Shown in pieces: positions 1 to 12,420 of a stretch of DNA of 64,000 nt (the first letter of the stretch is position 1; each line of letters begins with the position of its first letter). The stretch comes from Massalongia carnosa (Eukaryota), in contig OZ287071.1 in NCBI GenBank assembly GCA_965645245.1, forward strand, positions 2,356,001 to 2,420,000, read 5' to 3'. The notes below the pieces were generated by a model. That model saw only the letters and a program-made list of their open reading frames with translations. It ran no database searches and had not been told where the DNA came from. Position numbers and translations under genes: made by a program.

Positions 1-360
1 GCAGCCCCACTAACCAAAAAACGCATCAAATTACACAAAACTCTAGCCAAAGCAGAAAGCGCTCTAACTATCCAGATACGCTCAGAAAAGATAGGCCTAG
101 CCGACTTTCTATTTAGACGTCACGTCCCCAACGTCCTAACACCAAACTGTCCATGTGGCTGGCCGAAACAAACCGCGAAACATGTAATCATGTTTTGCAA
201 ACTTAACAGCAACAGACAGTCAATGTTACGTTGTATAGGCACAAACAACTATCGACTAATTACCGACTCATCCAGAGCGATGAAACTAGTCACCGCTTGG
301 TTAATGAAGACCGGCTTACTGACTCAGTTCTCAATGACAGCACAGCATTTATATCATTGA
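1..360 (+). mobile_element. 3' end of ORF2 of a Tad1-like non-LTR retrotransposon (LINE), truncated by the window edge
   Basis: Frame +1 is open from base 1 to TGA 358-360: ...LHKTLAKAESALTIQIRSEKIGLADFLFRRHVPNVLTPNCPCGWPKQTAKHVIMFC...LVTAWLMKTGLLTQFS. The C-x-C...H-x4-C zinc knuckle and terminal W-L-x2-TGxLxQF pattern match fungal LINE ORF2 C-termini. Not in the ORF track because it has no start codon. Confidence 0.85.
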
Positions 361-515
361 CAACCACACGTCAAGTCGCTAAAAGGCGACTTTCCTTTCC
401 TTTAACCTGTCACCGGTCAACTGTTCTTCAGATAGATCCCTCGACCGAGACTCGAAAAGTATTCGGAGAGATGTCGGATTACTTGGTTTTTCTTCCTTAA
501 AAGGTTTTCCATGTA

Positions 516-1574
516 TTATATAATTCCATAGATTTGCCCGCATGGGCCGGCCTTCGGCCGGTACCACATCGGAATGCTGCGCTGGTCTAGACAGTCTTGA
601 TATAGATCTCGCATGTTGATGATCTTGCCACCAACTAGAGCTACATCGTCCTTGTCAAGCCTGATTGGCTTAGGAACGCGTAGATGCGCTAATTCCTCAT
701 AGCTGATTGCTGATAATTCACCCCAACTCGTCTCAAACCCCAAAGAAGGATTTTCCCACGTTTCAAGAAGCATCGAAGTGAAGCAGCCCTTGCACTGGAT
801 AACATATACTTGGCCATCCAAGACATCATGGAATAGGAAGAGGCAGTTTGGTGCCACCGCAAACACCGAAACGCCAACGGACGTATCCAAATCTACAGGT
901 CGACGCGGCAAATAGCCAAATAAGATTATTACACAAGCAGTTCCATGGAGCCCATTCTCCGCCACTCCTTGGGCGAAGCGTTCGATATCTTCTTCCTGAA
1001 TTTGTCCGTCCGTTAGCAAGAACCAAAGCGAGCATTCCTGCAGGGCCGTCGAAAAAGCGTAATCCGAGCAAAGAACCGACGGATCAGTTCCATAACTCGG
1101 TTTGAGACGTGCTGAGTCTGTCAGGCGGACTACCGGATGAGCGATGTTGGACCAAGGCAACACGCGACCCCTATGCTTGGCATCCTTCGAGAGCTGATGG
1201 CTGATAGTGGAGATGGCAAGCGCCTCGTGGGATAAGATCAGACCCCTAGTGCTCGTTGATACATCGACAGCTGCACAAATCGTTGCGTCGGCAAACGGAG
1301 TGTACGTGAGATCATGGAAGGGTAAGTGAGCGGGAGGTGCTTCATTCCGAGCATAATTTTTTGCTATTGATGATGGTTTGTAAGATGAATATGATCTGTT
1401 CGCCAGGTTTTTTCTTGGTGGTTGAAGAGAATTCCGTTCTGCTTGCCCTTTTTCTAGTGGACTACAAATGTGTTGTCTAGAATATCGATTTATAGGTTGT
1501 TTCGTATCAACTCGAGCCAAGGAAGGGCATGATGCTTGGAACGGCTCATGCGAGGTGTTCACCGTTGAAGTCAA
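516..1574 (-). pseudogene. vWA-domain-containing protein, probably 3'-truncated
   Basis: MIDAS-like motifs ICAAVDVSTST, YGTDP and WFLLTDGQI. Protein-like sequence appears to end near DLYQDCLD, next to a GC hairpin (~547-561) and the LINE. The 5' exons are not resolved. Confidence 0.55.
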
Positions 1575-2530
1575 ACTGTTAATAGGATAAGAATCCTCCG
1601 TTCGAGGCTCCTTGAGCCGTGAAGAGTCGTCTCTCTCGTCATTGAAGCTCGTATTTCCCGCTCTTGAACTGGAAACCCTAGAAAGTTATGAATAATATTT
1701 CACAACGTGAAGTTATGCGACGAACCTTGTTCCTGACCATCTTCTGTCGAAGAATAAGTCTTGTCAGGCTCAATCGTTTGCGCATCAGGCATATTAGGAG
1801 TGATTACAAATATTTGCTCACAATCCCATAAAAGTGAAGCGCTGAGTTCGAGAAGTTGCTTACATCAAAATCGAGTTAAAAGATTATTTATTTATTCTTT
1901 ATCAAAACACTGGCGTAAGAGGAGAAGATAAGAAAACCAGAACTTAGGCTGTACATATCTATACCTTCAAAACACTCGACAAGGCTGTCTTTCAGGCAGA
2001 ATGGGGAAGTGAGGCTGAGGCGTCGAAAGTTGGGGGTGGCTTGGAGGAGGCGGAGTCTAACTATGAGGCGTCTAATTGAAGTTGGGAGTGGTTCATGTAG
2101 CACGAATAAGGTAAGTCATAATTATAAGAGTAATATACATTTAAATACAAGAATGTGCAAATCTATAACGTAATTGTTATATAAATTTTTTCATTTCATG
2201 TTAAACGTAAATATATCATGCTAACTATCCCTCTCGTTGATGGTTTGACAAAACCCCCTTGGCCTGGCACTAGCTATTCAACACAAGTTATTTCTCGATA
2301 TTCGAAAAATTTAAGAATTTTGGGACACAACTACTATTCGTCTTCAAGTTTTATTCGTCTTCAAGTTTGGAAAATTATCTTTTCCATACAAACAGCTTTG
2401 TTATCTTATGAAAATACGCCTCTTTCTGGTTTATTAAAACTCGGTTGCCGGAGCTAGAAAAGTGCTTGAAGAGGACATTGACGCACAATCTACATACAAA
2501 AATCCTGGTCTGAAAGATCTCCAGATAGTG

Positions 2531-3799
2531 ATGTCCAGAGAAACCAACATAAACCCGCTAGCAGCAGCTCTCTATCCCCAAAGCCTTAAGGACTGGACGG
2601 AGTTCTCAAAGAACCCGGAAACTGCGATTAACGCCTAGCTACCGTCTCAAACTCAGCCCTATAATGAAGTTAATGTGCCGTTGATATGTTTCGAAGAAGA
2701 TGACTTGGGCTGCATTGTTGAGTTGAAGAAACTGGCGCAGTTTTTGACAGACTCTTTCAGGTTTAATTGCGAGATCTGGAAGATTCCTACCGGAGCAAGA
2801 AGAATTGGTTAGTCAAATGACCTTGTATAGACAAAGCTTATAGGAAGCAACAGCCATAATCAAGAAGGTAGTAAACTTCATAGATAAAAACGATTCAATA
2901 AAGAAATGCCTAGGAATCTTGGTTTACAGCGGTCATGGGGTAGCAAACTCCGAAGAGAAAAGTATCTGGCGGTGAGTGCAAAACCTCATTTATACAGCAA
3001 CAACGAAGATAGAATTTGACTAGCTAGATTCTGTAGGGCGACTGGGGAAAGTAGGACAAAGGTGAGCTGGTCAGCTCTTGAAGCGTCTCTCGAGTTAGCT
3101 GACAATAACTCGGATTTCCTTGTGATTCTTGACACTTGTTTCGCTGCTACAGCCGGAACTGCTGGTAAAGTTGAGGTGTTGGCGTCAAGTGGCGTGGCTG
3201 AAGTTTCAACTGGTCCTGGCATGCGGTCATTTATCACGCGTCTCATCGCTGCGATGAAAGATTTCACGGGTCCATTCAATATTTATGGACGCCTCTGTTT
3301 GAGAGAATTCCGCATAGTCGTCGGTCAAACACCAATTCATATTCAACGATCCGATACGGCGAAGCCTTCAATCTTCCTGGCCCCACTCTTCGACGGCCCA
3401 CCCCCAATGGCGCTCGTGCAGCCAATACCACCGTAGCTTCGCCACACCAGTGAGCCCAAAGTACTGATAAAGTTTTCGCTCAGTGCTGAGGCTGGGCTCC
3501 CGGATATTCAAGAGTGGATAAGTTACTTAAGTCACGGTTTACCCTCGTTCGTCGAGCGGGGAATGGTTACAGTAGAAGGCGTTTTCCAATCGGGTTCTAC
3601 CACGGTGCTATTAACGCTGCCAATATCAGTCTTGGGATGCCTTCCTCAGGACCCGGCTCTATCGTTCGTGGCTTTTGTAGACTCTTTGAATATGCTGTTA
3701 CACCTCCCACGAAGCAGACGGACCAGGGAAAAGAGATCGGATGATTCTGAAGAAACGTTGTACAGCCCGTCAAATGCGGGATTTTCAGGGTGGAAATGA
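2531..3799 (+). pseudogene. caspase-like (CD-clan fold) fungal protein, degraded
   Basis: Spliced remnants LICFEEDDLG...WKIP, LVYSGHG (2925-2939), FLVILDTCFAA (DTC 3131-3139), VEVLAS, SFITRL, QTPIH, VTVEGVFQSGST. His/Cys dyad motifs are present. In-frame stops (~2636, 3434-3436) and a frameshift. Confidence 0.65.
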
Positions 3800-4630
3800 G
3801 GTTGCTACATTTTGTTCAAAGTTTACTGTAGTAAGCTTGCTTTGCCTATGAAGATAGCTTCTTATATATATGCCATTAGACTCGCTTGATCATAACTTTA
3901 CCTTGGCGCATAATTAATAGTGATCAAAATTTCCCTAGACAAGCTATTTTACCAGTTCGGTTGACGCAATATCGTATCTTTATGTCACGGTGTAGGATCA
4001 AATCAGAAACAGGAATTGCATGAGGATCTCGCTAGGGCTACGTTCCCTCTATAATGTTCAATTCGTGGACAATGTAGACTTCATTTTGATTATCAATCGC
4101 CGAATAACAGTCCATATTCGGGCGCCGGCGCCATCAGCCAGTGCCTTCATATTTGACGTAAGTTTGGCATCGAAAAACTATCCATCCCAGGACTTTGCAA
4201 GGGGGCTATCCCTAGCAGCATGAAAACCTAACTCGCTCGAGCCCGTACTGTCTAAGGCAAAATTTCCGCTCCCAATGGTCCTAGACCTATCCAATATCGT
4301 GTTGCTGGATGAGTATTCGCTGCCGGCTCGCCGAGAGGGTTCTTCGCAACTTCTACAGGTAGAGAGCAATTTAAAAGGTCCGATTCAGCTCCTTGAGCAA
4401 ATTAAACCGAGATTCCAGCGAGGTTGTCCTGGCTGCCAATGAAGTCGTTCTAGCCAGCTAGTCCATGATCATCTCTAGAGGATCCGGAAGCTATGTCGTC
4501 GCAAAGGAAGTCACCTCTTGTTTCCCAGGCACCGCTGCAAATTTTGCTGTGTGACTGTCCGTCCGTCTGATAGTCGCAGTTCCTTGTCCAACTGCCTGGA
4601 ACCATACAGGTTCTCAGATGATGAATAATA

Positions 4631-6657
4631 CAGTGAACCCTGGTTAAAACGAACCTTTTTCCAACGAATTCGGCTTATAACGAATTTTTTTCATGGATGA
4701 GCGATTCTTGTATGTAAAATAACGAATGTCGGCCTATTGCGAATTCGTAAGCAATTTTAGAAAGTTTCTTAGTGATTCGCTATAACTAGACCTCGGCAAT
4801 TACCCTTTTAGGATTAGCTGATAAAAATTCTTGATACGTAGTACTACATGCTGCGCATCCTATCGATAGATAACATATCCTTTTAATAACCAACAACTCA
4901 TCATGAATTCTTCCTCCAAAAAACGTCGTCGACCTATCACAGATGCAGAAAAACACGCGCTTCGTCAGTATGTTCAGAATAATTTCGTTAAAAGACCTTT
5001 CGGCAAAGCTCTTCAAGTCTGGTTTGAAGCTGAATTCGGTCATACACCTTCGGAATCTACAATATCGGATATTCTTTCTCGAAAATACGATCGTTTAAAT
5101 GAGAAGGAGACATTTCAACCTGATATCAAAAGATTGAAAGCTTCTTTTTGGCCGGATCTTGAAGCGGCTCTTTTCGAATGGCAACAACGAATGCAGACAA
5201 AGCAGGCGACTGTGACGGGAGAGTTATTGAAGGAGATGGCAAAGAAAATCTGGACAAGACTTCCTCAATACTCTCATGAAGAAATGCCCAAATTTTCTAA
5301 CGGTTGGCTAGATGCTTTTAAAGCTCGTCATTCCATCTCCTTTCGTATTCGACATGGAGAAGCGGCATCAGTTGACAAGGAGACAGTGGAAGAAGAATTG
5401 AGGGACTTGAGAATTAAGTTGGCTCCGTACGATCAAGACGATGTATACAACATGGATGAGGCTGCCTTGTATTGGAAGATGAATCCGAATGGAACGTTGG
5501 CTACAGCTTCATCTGCTGGATTGAAGCTTGAGAAAGCTAGAATAACCGTTAATTTTTGCGTTAATGCAACGGGCACTCATAAACTTCCACTTTTGTTCAT
5601 TGGTACGGCAAAAACACCTCGCTGTTTTACGCGTGAGGGGATCAACGTTAGCAACCTGAATATGCTATGGCGAAGCAATAGAAAGGCATGGATGACGGGA
5701 GTATTATTTCAAGAGTATTTGCAATGGTTTAGTCGTCAAACAAATCGCAAAGTAGTCTTGCTAGTCGATGGATTTTCAGCTCATGTTGCTGGCTATCGTC
5801 AGTATTCAGAATCAAATCCTGAATCAAACGTTAAAGTGATATTTCTTCCTGCCAATGCTACAAGCATCTGTCAACCATTGGATCAAGGCATCATCAAGAC
5901 GTTTAAGGCTCACTACAAGCGAAAATGGCTAGCCTTTTTATGTGATCAGTATGATGCGGACAAAGATCCTTTTAAGAACATGCATATTTTGCAAGCTATT
6001 CGTTGGTCAATGACTGCTTGGGAGTATGACGTCAAACCCGCTACTATCGTCAACTGCTGGATTAAGTCTTTGGTATTCTCAGCAAATTACGGACCTACTA
6101 CGCAATTGCAAGCGAAGAAAATGGGCTGGACGAAAGAAAAGGGTTGGTCGAAGGCAGTTGATCAAGAGACGGAAGACTACAATCAACTAGTAAAAGAGAT
6201 GAGCACTACATTGCAGCAGTTGAAGAAGAATGATCGCATTCAAGACGTCATAAGTATTGAACGATGTCTCAATCCCGCGGAAGAAATCATTGAGGATGAT
6301 GATGATGACATTCTTGATACTATTGTGGATGCATACGCCGAGGGTCAAATTGAAGAATCGGATGAAGATGAGATCGTCAAACCTACAGTGAAATACTCTG
6401 AAGCTATTCAAGCTTTGAGAATACTACGTACATTTCATGAGCAACAGGAAGATGGCGACATCGATCTGATTCAACGTTTGAATGCTTCGGAGCAGGTTAT
6501 GCTAAATGGGGAAATCAATACTAGAAAGCAGATGACCATTACCAGCTATTTTAGGTAGAAAATGAGATGTTTTCGTAGAAATTAAGGTTATAACGAAAGC
6601 TGGTTATAACGAATTTTTTTCATGGAATCATCGATTCGTTATAGCCAGGGTTTACTG
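4631..6657 (+). mobile_element. pogo/Tigger-like DDE DNA transposon (Tc1/mariner superfamily), full length, 2027 bp
   Basis: TA at 4629-4630 and 6658-6659. 23-bp imperfect TIRs: CAGTGAACCCTGGTTAAAACGAA (4631-4653) and the reverse complement of 6635-6657, CAGTAAACCCTGGCTATAACGAA (3 mismatches). Encloses one intact transposase ORF. Confidence 0.95.
4903..6558 (+). CDS. CENP-B/Tigger-like transposase (HTH + DDE_1), 551 aa
   Basis: N-terminal HTH (PSESTISDILS), second HTH (WPDLEAALFEW...FSNGWLDAFKARH), catalytic motifs YNMDEA, LLVDGFSAH and QPLDQG, acidic tail and terminal QMTITSYF motif. Confidence 0.95.
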   Translation: MNSSSKKRRRPITDAEKHALRQYVQNNFVKRPFGKALQVWFEAEFGHTPSESTISDILSRKYDRLNEKETFQPDIKRLKASFWPDLEAALFEWQQRMQTKQATVTGELLKEMAKKIWTRLPQYSHEEMPKFSNGWLDAFKARHSISFRIRHGEAASVDKETVEEELRDLRIKLAPYDQDDVYNMDEAALYWKMNPNGTLATASSAGLKLEKARITVNFCVNATGTHKLPLLFIGTAKTPRCFTREGINVSNLNMLWRSNRKAWMTGVLFQEYLQWFSRQTNRKVVLLVDGFSAHVAGYRQYSESNPESNVKVIFLPANATSICQPLDQGIIKTFKAHYKRKWLAFLCDQYDADKDPFKNMHILQAIRWSMTAWEYDVKPATIVNCWIKSLVFSANYGPTTQLQAKKMGWTKEKGWSKAVDQETEDYNQLVKEMSTTLQQLKKNDRIQDVISIERCLNPAEEIIEDDDDDILDTIVDAYAEGQIEESDEDEIVKPTVKYSEAIQALRILRTFHEQQEDGDIDLIQRLNASEQVMLNGEINTRKQMTITSYFR

Positions 6658-6891
6658 TAATATCATTTTGTCTAATCCTTCACGTGACACGGCAATGTCC
6701 AAGTTCTATTCTCATCCCGGTTAGATTACTTCTTATTCATGCACTGGAGGCAACATCGAGGTTCGGAACTTTACTTACGATAGCCGATTTCAATACTTAT
6801 TGTCCTTCACTATCCTCCGCTAGAATCCTCAATTATCAGGAAATATAGCCTTCGCCTGCCACACAACGGTCTTTCATCCGTCTCCACGATC

Positions 6892-7161
6892 ATGCCTACT
6901 CTCCCCTGCGACAAGCCGTCTGGCTTGACAGAAGGTGCTCGCTTTGTCACTAGCACCGTCGGCAACACAGTTGGTGGGCTTGGAAGAACCGTTGGGGGCA
7001 TTGTGGGTGCTGGGGGCAGGGGACTTGGCTATACAATCAGCAACGCTACAGGCAGTGCGGGACAGCCCGTTGGAGATTCGGTGTCCAGCGTGGGAACAGG
7101 GATAGAGGATGGTTTGAAGAGGATCAGCAAGGGGGTTGAAAATGCTGGGCAGATGAAGTAG
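6892..7161 (+). CDS. small Gly/Thr/Val-rich hypothetical protein (89 aa)
   Basis: Clean ATG-TAG ORF with coherent repetitive amphipathic composition (TVGNTVGGLGRTVGGIVG...), typical of small fungal stress/LEA-like proteins. Function not assignable. Confidence 0.6.
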   Translation: MPTLPCDKPSGLTEGARFVTSTVGNTVGGLGRTVGGIVGAGGRGLGYTISNATGSAGQPVGDSVSSVGTGIEDGLKRISKGVENAGQMK

Positions 7162-7864
7162 TTTCGTTGAGGAAAGGTAGACGGATACATGGAGGGCATA
7201 TATACTCTATACAACGCCTCTAAAGCTGATTGTTACTCAGGCAACCGTGCATAGAAATCGTGCATAGAAATCTAGTATGTAGGCTTTAGCAACGTTATGC
7301 CAAAGCTCCTATGATATAAAAAGATTTCAGGACTACGAAGGCTTGTTCCTTCACTCTACCCATTTCCTTTGATGTGTCGCTCAACTCTATCGACTGCCGC
7401 TTTTGCAGCTCACTTCAGATAAAAGCACCTGCTTCCTGCACAAATCAGTGCTCCATTACAAAGTAGCCGCACAAATTCCGACTTCTCTGTATGGCACTGT
7501 CTTGCTCTTATTGCCATTTTCAAGATCAATCTCCATGCGCAATACCTTTACTTTCAGACGATTGTTTAAACTATGTGATTAAAATTCTTGTGTCATGATG
7601 GCCTAAATCTCTCGCGTGCACGATAATCACTGACGAATCATCTGTCGATGATTCAGCCTCGTTAGAGAACATCATTGTGGAAGCGCGGGCAAGGCTGAAG
7701 CCATGTCTGAGCTGCGATACTTCGATATTGGGCTTTTGGATGCACCAACTTGATGTATTCGAACACGTATTACGATTCTGATTTCTCCGTGTAACACGCA
7801 AGACTCTCTCGGTGAGCACGTTTAAAGAGTTTCACATGCTGCTCGGGGATCAGATGCTATAAGG

Positions 7865-10800
7865 ATGTCAAGCATGGCTTCAAAAGTTCTAAGTTCCTAT
7901 CAAGATGTACCTTATTGGGAGTTTGAAGAGAATCTTATTCAGCTGGATATATATCCAAAGTTACGGTCAATTGATATTACAAAATCCTCGCGACGGTACA
8001 TACACGGTGATGACGGTGAGCCAAGCGGTGATCCCTGTAGACAGTGGGTTTATAAGTTTAAAGTACAAATTTTGCAAAATTGACTTGACTGATAAGTATT
8101 CCAGTCTGCATTCACAATACAGTCTAATTGATTTGGATGATGGAATTTCTGGCAGAGCCGAAGAGGAGTTCGATTAGCAAATGGCCGGAAGACTTCACGC
8201 AGAGTGGAATGGGACGGATCATGTCTTTCTCAAAGACATATGACAACTCAGAATAATAGTTGAGGGGAAGACAGTCGAGCTTACCTCGATTCAGATCCAT
8301 TTCTTATATCTCTTCGAAGAATCTCTCCTCTTTTTCACCTGAGGCCGATCATCAGCTTTATGAGCAATGTGAAACTTTTAGTTCTAGTCGATTTTATTGT
8401 AATATGTGCGGCAATATCTTTTATGATAAATACTAGCAGTTACAGCTGTCACACAAGAAGAAGAGTCTTGCACTTGGCGCTGTATTTTATGAGAAAATCG
8501 ATCATAACATTGCAAAGACGGTACAGATAATTTTAAGGTCAAGCACGATCGATGCGGAGCAGGATATTCTACATCGAAATGATCGAAACATCACTTAGTT
8601 TGGGACTATTCGGGAGGATGGCGAGCTACTTCCCTTTCGCGATTATGGAAGGTATGGAGATCTGATGAGTAGCACTTTACGTTCTGGAAGAGCTGCAAAC
8701 ACTTCAATGGCTAAAGTGGGCCATGATAATCGGTATTCGAGCCTAGTGTCGTTTGTGGGACAAACAGGTAATTATTCTCTGAATGAAGAGGAAAAATATA
8801 ATACTTAACTCAGCATCATAGGTGTCGGAAAGAGCACAATCATCAAGTTGGTGATTGATTTCTGTCATCGAGATGAAGAAGCCTATGCTACTCCGGTCGT
8901 AGGCTCGGTGGGCAAGGATCTACCTACTTCGGGAGATGTTCATCTGTATGCAGACCCTCAAACCGTGGACTCCGACAAACCGATACTGTATGCCGATTGC
9001 GAAGGGCTTGAAGGGGGTGAACGAGAGCCACTCGGTGCAGGGCGGAAAACCAAGGACAAAGGCTTCAAGCTTGGGCGAATGGGTCCCTTTGAACGGAATA
9101 TACGAAAAATTAATCATACTTCAGAGCGAGAATTCACTTGGGCAGACACAAGTGTTAAAAGAAGTCGAGAATTTGCGGTAACGCATTTATACCCCCGCCT
9201 TCTTTATACATTTTCAGATGTTGTTGTTGTTGTTGTGCTCAAGAACCCTAGGTAAGAAAATCTCACTAGAGGCTAGAAAACCAGTTTTTGATGACAACAA
9301 AATCTCTAATTAGAGTCATCGAAAGCGTCTTCGAAAAACTCATAAATTGGGCTGCAGCCGCTCTCGAGAAATCATCGAATCAGCCGGTACTTTCACACGC
9401 AATCATCATTCTCAATGCCTCGGGAAATGACATAGATCCCACATTATGGGAAGTCTCAGCAGTCACTTCTGTACTATTAGAATCTTTGTCAAAGGCGATC
9501 TTTCAGCACGCTAATTATAAGAAGTATGCACACTTTTGGCGCGAACGCAACTGTCATATTGAGATCGTCGAACAGCTTCTTCTGTCTTATTACAGCTTCG
9601 TCAAAATCGTGCGTGTTCTCACGAATGGTCGGCCAAATTTAATAAACGATCAAATACGGAAACTCTATCTTAACATTCAGCTGGCTTGTGCGAAAGCGCG
9701 GCGGCGTATAGGTGCACTCCGTATGCTGCTTGATGCTGAAGAGTTACAGCCTTATCTACAGTTTGCTTTGGACCATTTTGCCTGCAATCTCGACACTCCA
9801 TTTGATTTTGTTCAGGCGTCTTTTACAAACAGCCCAATTTCATTAGATTTTGGCGGAAACATCCTTAAGCTAGCGATCAATCTAATGGATGTTTGGGAGA
9901 ACGAAGTCGACGGTCAAATTCACTTCACAGAACTGAGTTACATGGTTGCTTCATGTATTATGCTAGACTCTGCGAGGCATAAAATCAGAGGTAAGTGGGA
10001 GTGATTGGTATGAACATGAATAGTAGTCTTATTTAACTTTCCTAGGAACTGTCGAACAAATATTCCCATAGTACCTGGAATATATAGATGCCGCATTAGA
10101 AAACTTCCGTGATCGAAATTGGCCTTGCGAGTATATAAAACCCGGGGTTGGCGCTAGATGCGTCAATGTTCGTAGTAAGTCCCTCATTTTCATGTAACAT
10201 AGCTCCCTTAGGTGGCCATGGATCTAAAGGACATCAGCTTAAGAATGGAAAAGTCTTGGCCGTGGGAGGATATGTCTCACTTTTCTCGTTTCCAAATTAC
10301 CAAGAGAAATTTCAAAAAGAAATATACGCGCGACTGAGTGAACTACTAAAAATTCTTCACTCAAGAACAGAGGATGAGGACGGATCTGAAGTTCAAGCGG
10401 CCGCCCAGATTCACAAAGACACTGTGCTTGATCATTTTTTTGACCACACTGCACGAGGCCGGCCAAGTAATTTCATAAGTCATTCTACTTGCCTCTCTTG
10501 CCTATTCAAGCCCCCAGAGCACGCATTGCCATGCGGCCATGTTCTCTGTACACCATGTCTCATGGCGTAAAAAAAAAGTCTCGAGGCAAGACGGTGGTAG
10601 AGATGACTGGCTGCCCGATGAAAACGCTAATCAGGCCACGACATCAAAAGTGGAGGGTCTTACTTAAACCAGCCGCGGCTGGCATACGCATCTTAACGCT
10701 TGATGGGTAGGCAAGACCTTTAAATACTCAAGACTTTTCAGTCCTCACTGACAACAAATATAGAGGTGGAATTCGAGGCATAGTCGAGTTAGAAATTTTG

Positions 10801-12420
10801 AGACTCATTGAATGCGCGATGGGCGGAAGGATGTCTATATAGTGTTTCTTTGATTTGATCCTAGGAACCAGGTATGTTAGCCTTGTTTCAAAACCTATAC
10901 GACGGATGGTACCAACTAGACCGGCTTAGCACTGGAGGCATCATCGCGCTTGGTCTTGCGGCAAAATCGTGGTCAGTTGAGCAATACACTCGACATTTCG
11001 AAGATTTGTGTCAAAAGGGGTTCACACATCGCACTGGTGGCAATATTCCTGACGTTGGATGATTCATTGATAAGTAATAGCCTCTCTCATATTCTCTCAC
11101 ATATCCGTCACACAGTAACCGCTGAGACTCTTCTTTTAGCTATAATCACTCAAATATGAGACTCAGCCGCTTCAGGAGGCATTGATAGCGCATTTTCAGA
11201 AGAAGAGTATCTTTACGGAGGTTCTCGGTCACATCAGTCGTATGGATCCGAAGTTAAGCTTGCGGTAACGACAACTTCGGCTGCAGGAAGTCCGGTCGTT
11301 CTGGCCAATTATAACCGGCTCTGCAACGAAAAACGTTTTTAGCCTTACCTTTTCTAGAATAACTTCTTGTTCTATCACTGATATTATGAAGTCCCTTATC
11401 ATTTTCAAAGGCCCGAGAAGCTGAAATCGGAGATAAAGCTTTGAGAAGCGTAAGTAAAAGCACTTTCTCTGTTAATCAGTATCTCATAATCCAGGAGTGC
11501 AAGGGCCACTTCAGCAGCATCGATGATTTTCAAACCACTTTGTCATCATGCTTCGAAACAAATATATGCAGATGATGCAATCTACCACAACAACCGGATA
11601 CAGGTTGCTGATAAGAAAAGAAAACTTATCTAGCCAAACATGAAAGATGAATACCCAGATATTGTAGTGTCGATCGAGACTGCCTTCAACCCGAGTTCTC
11701 GCCCAGCTGTTGGAAAAACTACGCCGCTACGTCTGAGAGTGTTTTCACACGGGAAATCTTTATACAAGATTGCAAAAGATCATATAGCGTCGAGCTTGAA
11801 CTCAGAAAAGACTTGGGAACCCTATATGAGTGTTCTACAGCCGCCTTTAATCTATAGGTCAAGATATGTGCGGCGGAATCCACGACTTACCGAAGATCCC
11901 CCAGGATTGGACGAGGTCCATCGAGTGAAAAATCTTCAGGGCCTCACGAGATAAATTCAGCGACGATACCGGATTCGAAAAGTAGCTCTACAGCTGATTG
12001 CCTCTAGCTTTTATTTTGAAAATTCTGCCCCGGCAGAACTGACAGAGGACGATTCCTTTCAGTGCAAAGGCTTGTCTCGCCGTTGTGCATTCTGAGACCC
12101 TGTGCTGATAACGAGCCACAGGTAATATCTATTCCCGGCTGCTACCGGATAGTTCCGAGATTATCGAACTAGGAAACTTCTTTAAACTTAATGCGCAAGA
12201 TGGATGCAATCCCTACTGCAGGATGACGATTATAAGAGAGGTTCGATACCGTGTTCTGTTTCGCTGGATCTTTGGCTGATTGTTTTCTTTTCTGTATTAG
12301 AAACCCGCCAAAATCTTACCAAGAATTCTCGCCGATGGGCTAGCAGAACGCCTAGCCAGCAAATTCGCCGTAAGAACTGGGTGCCGCCTGACTTGACTCA
12401 AAATTTCCAGCGTCTCAGCA
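7865..12420 (+). pseudogene. multidomain P-loop NTPase/GTPase-like + RING finger + patatin-like phospholipase gene, multi-exon, inactivated (ends approximate)
   Basis: Walker A FVGQTG|VGKST split by an intron (~8752-8835); LYADCEGL; RING-like CLSC...PEHALPCGHVLCTPC (~10489-10560); patatin motifs ILTLDG|GGIRGIVEL, FDLILGT|STGGIIALGL, ARATSAA and ADDAIYHNN. Stops at 8596, 10069, 10840 and 11631 plus frameshifts. Confidence 0.85.
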
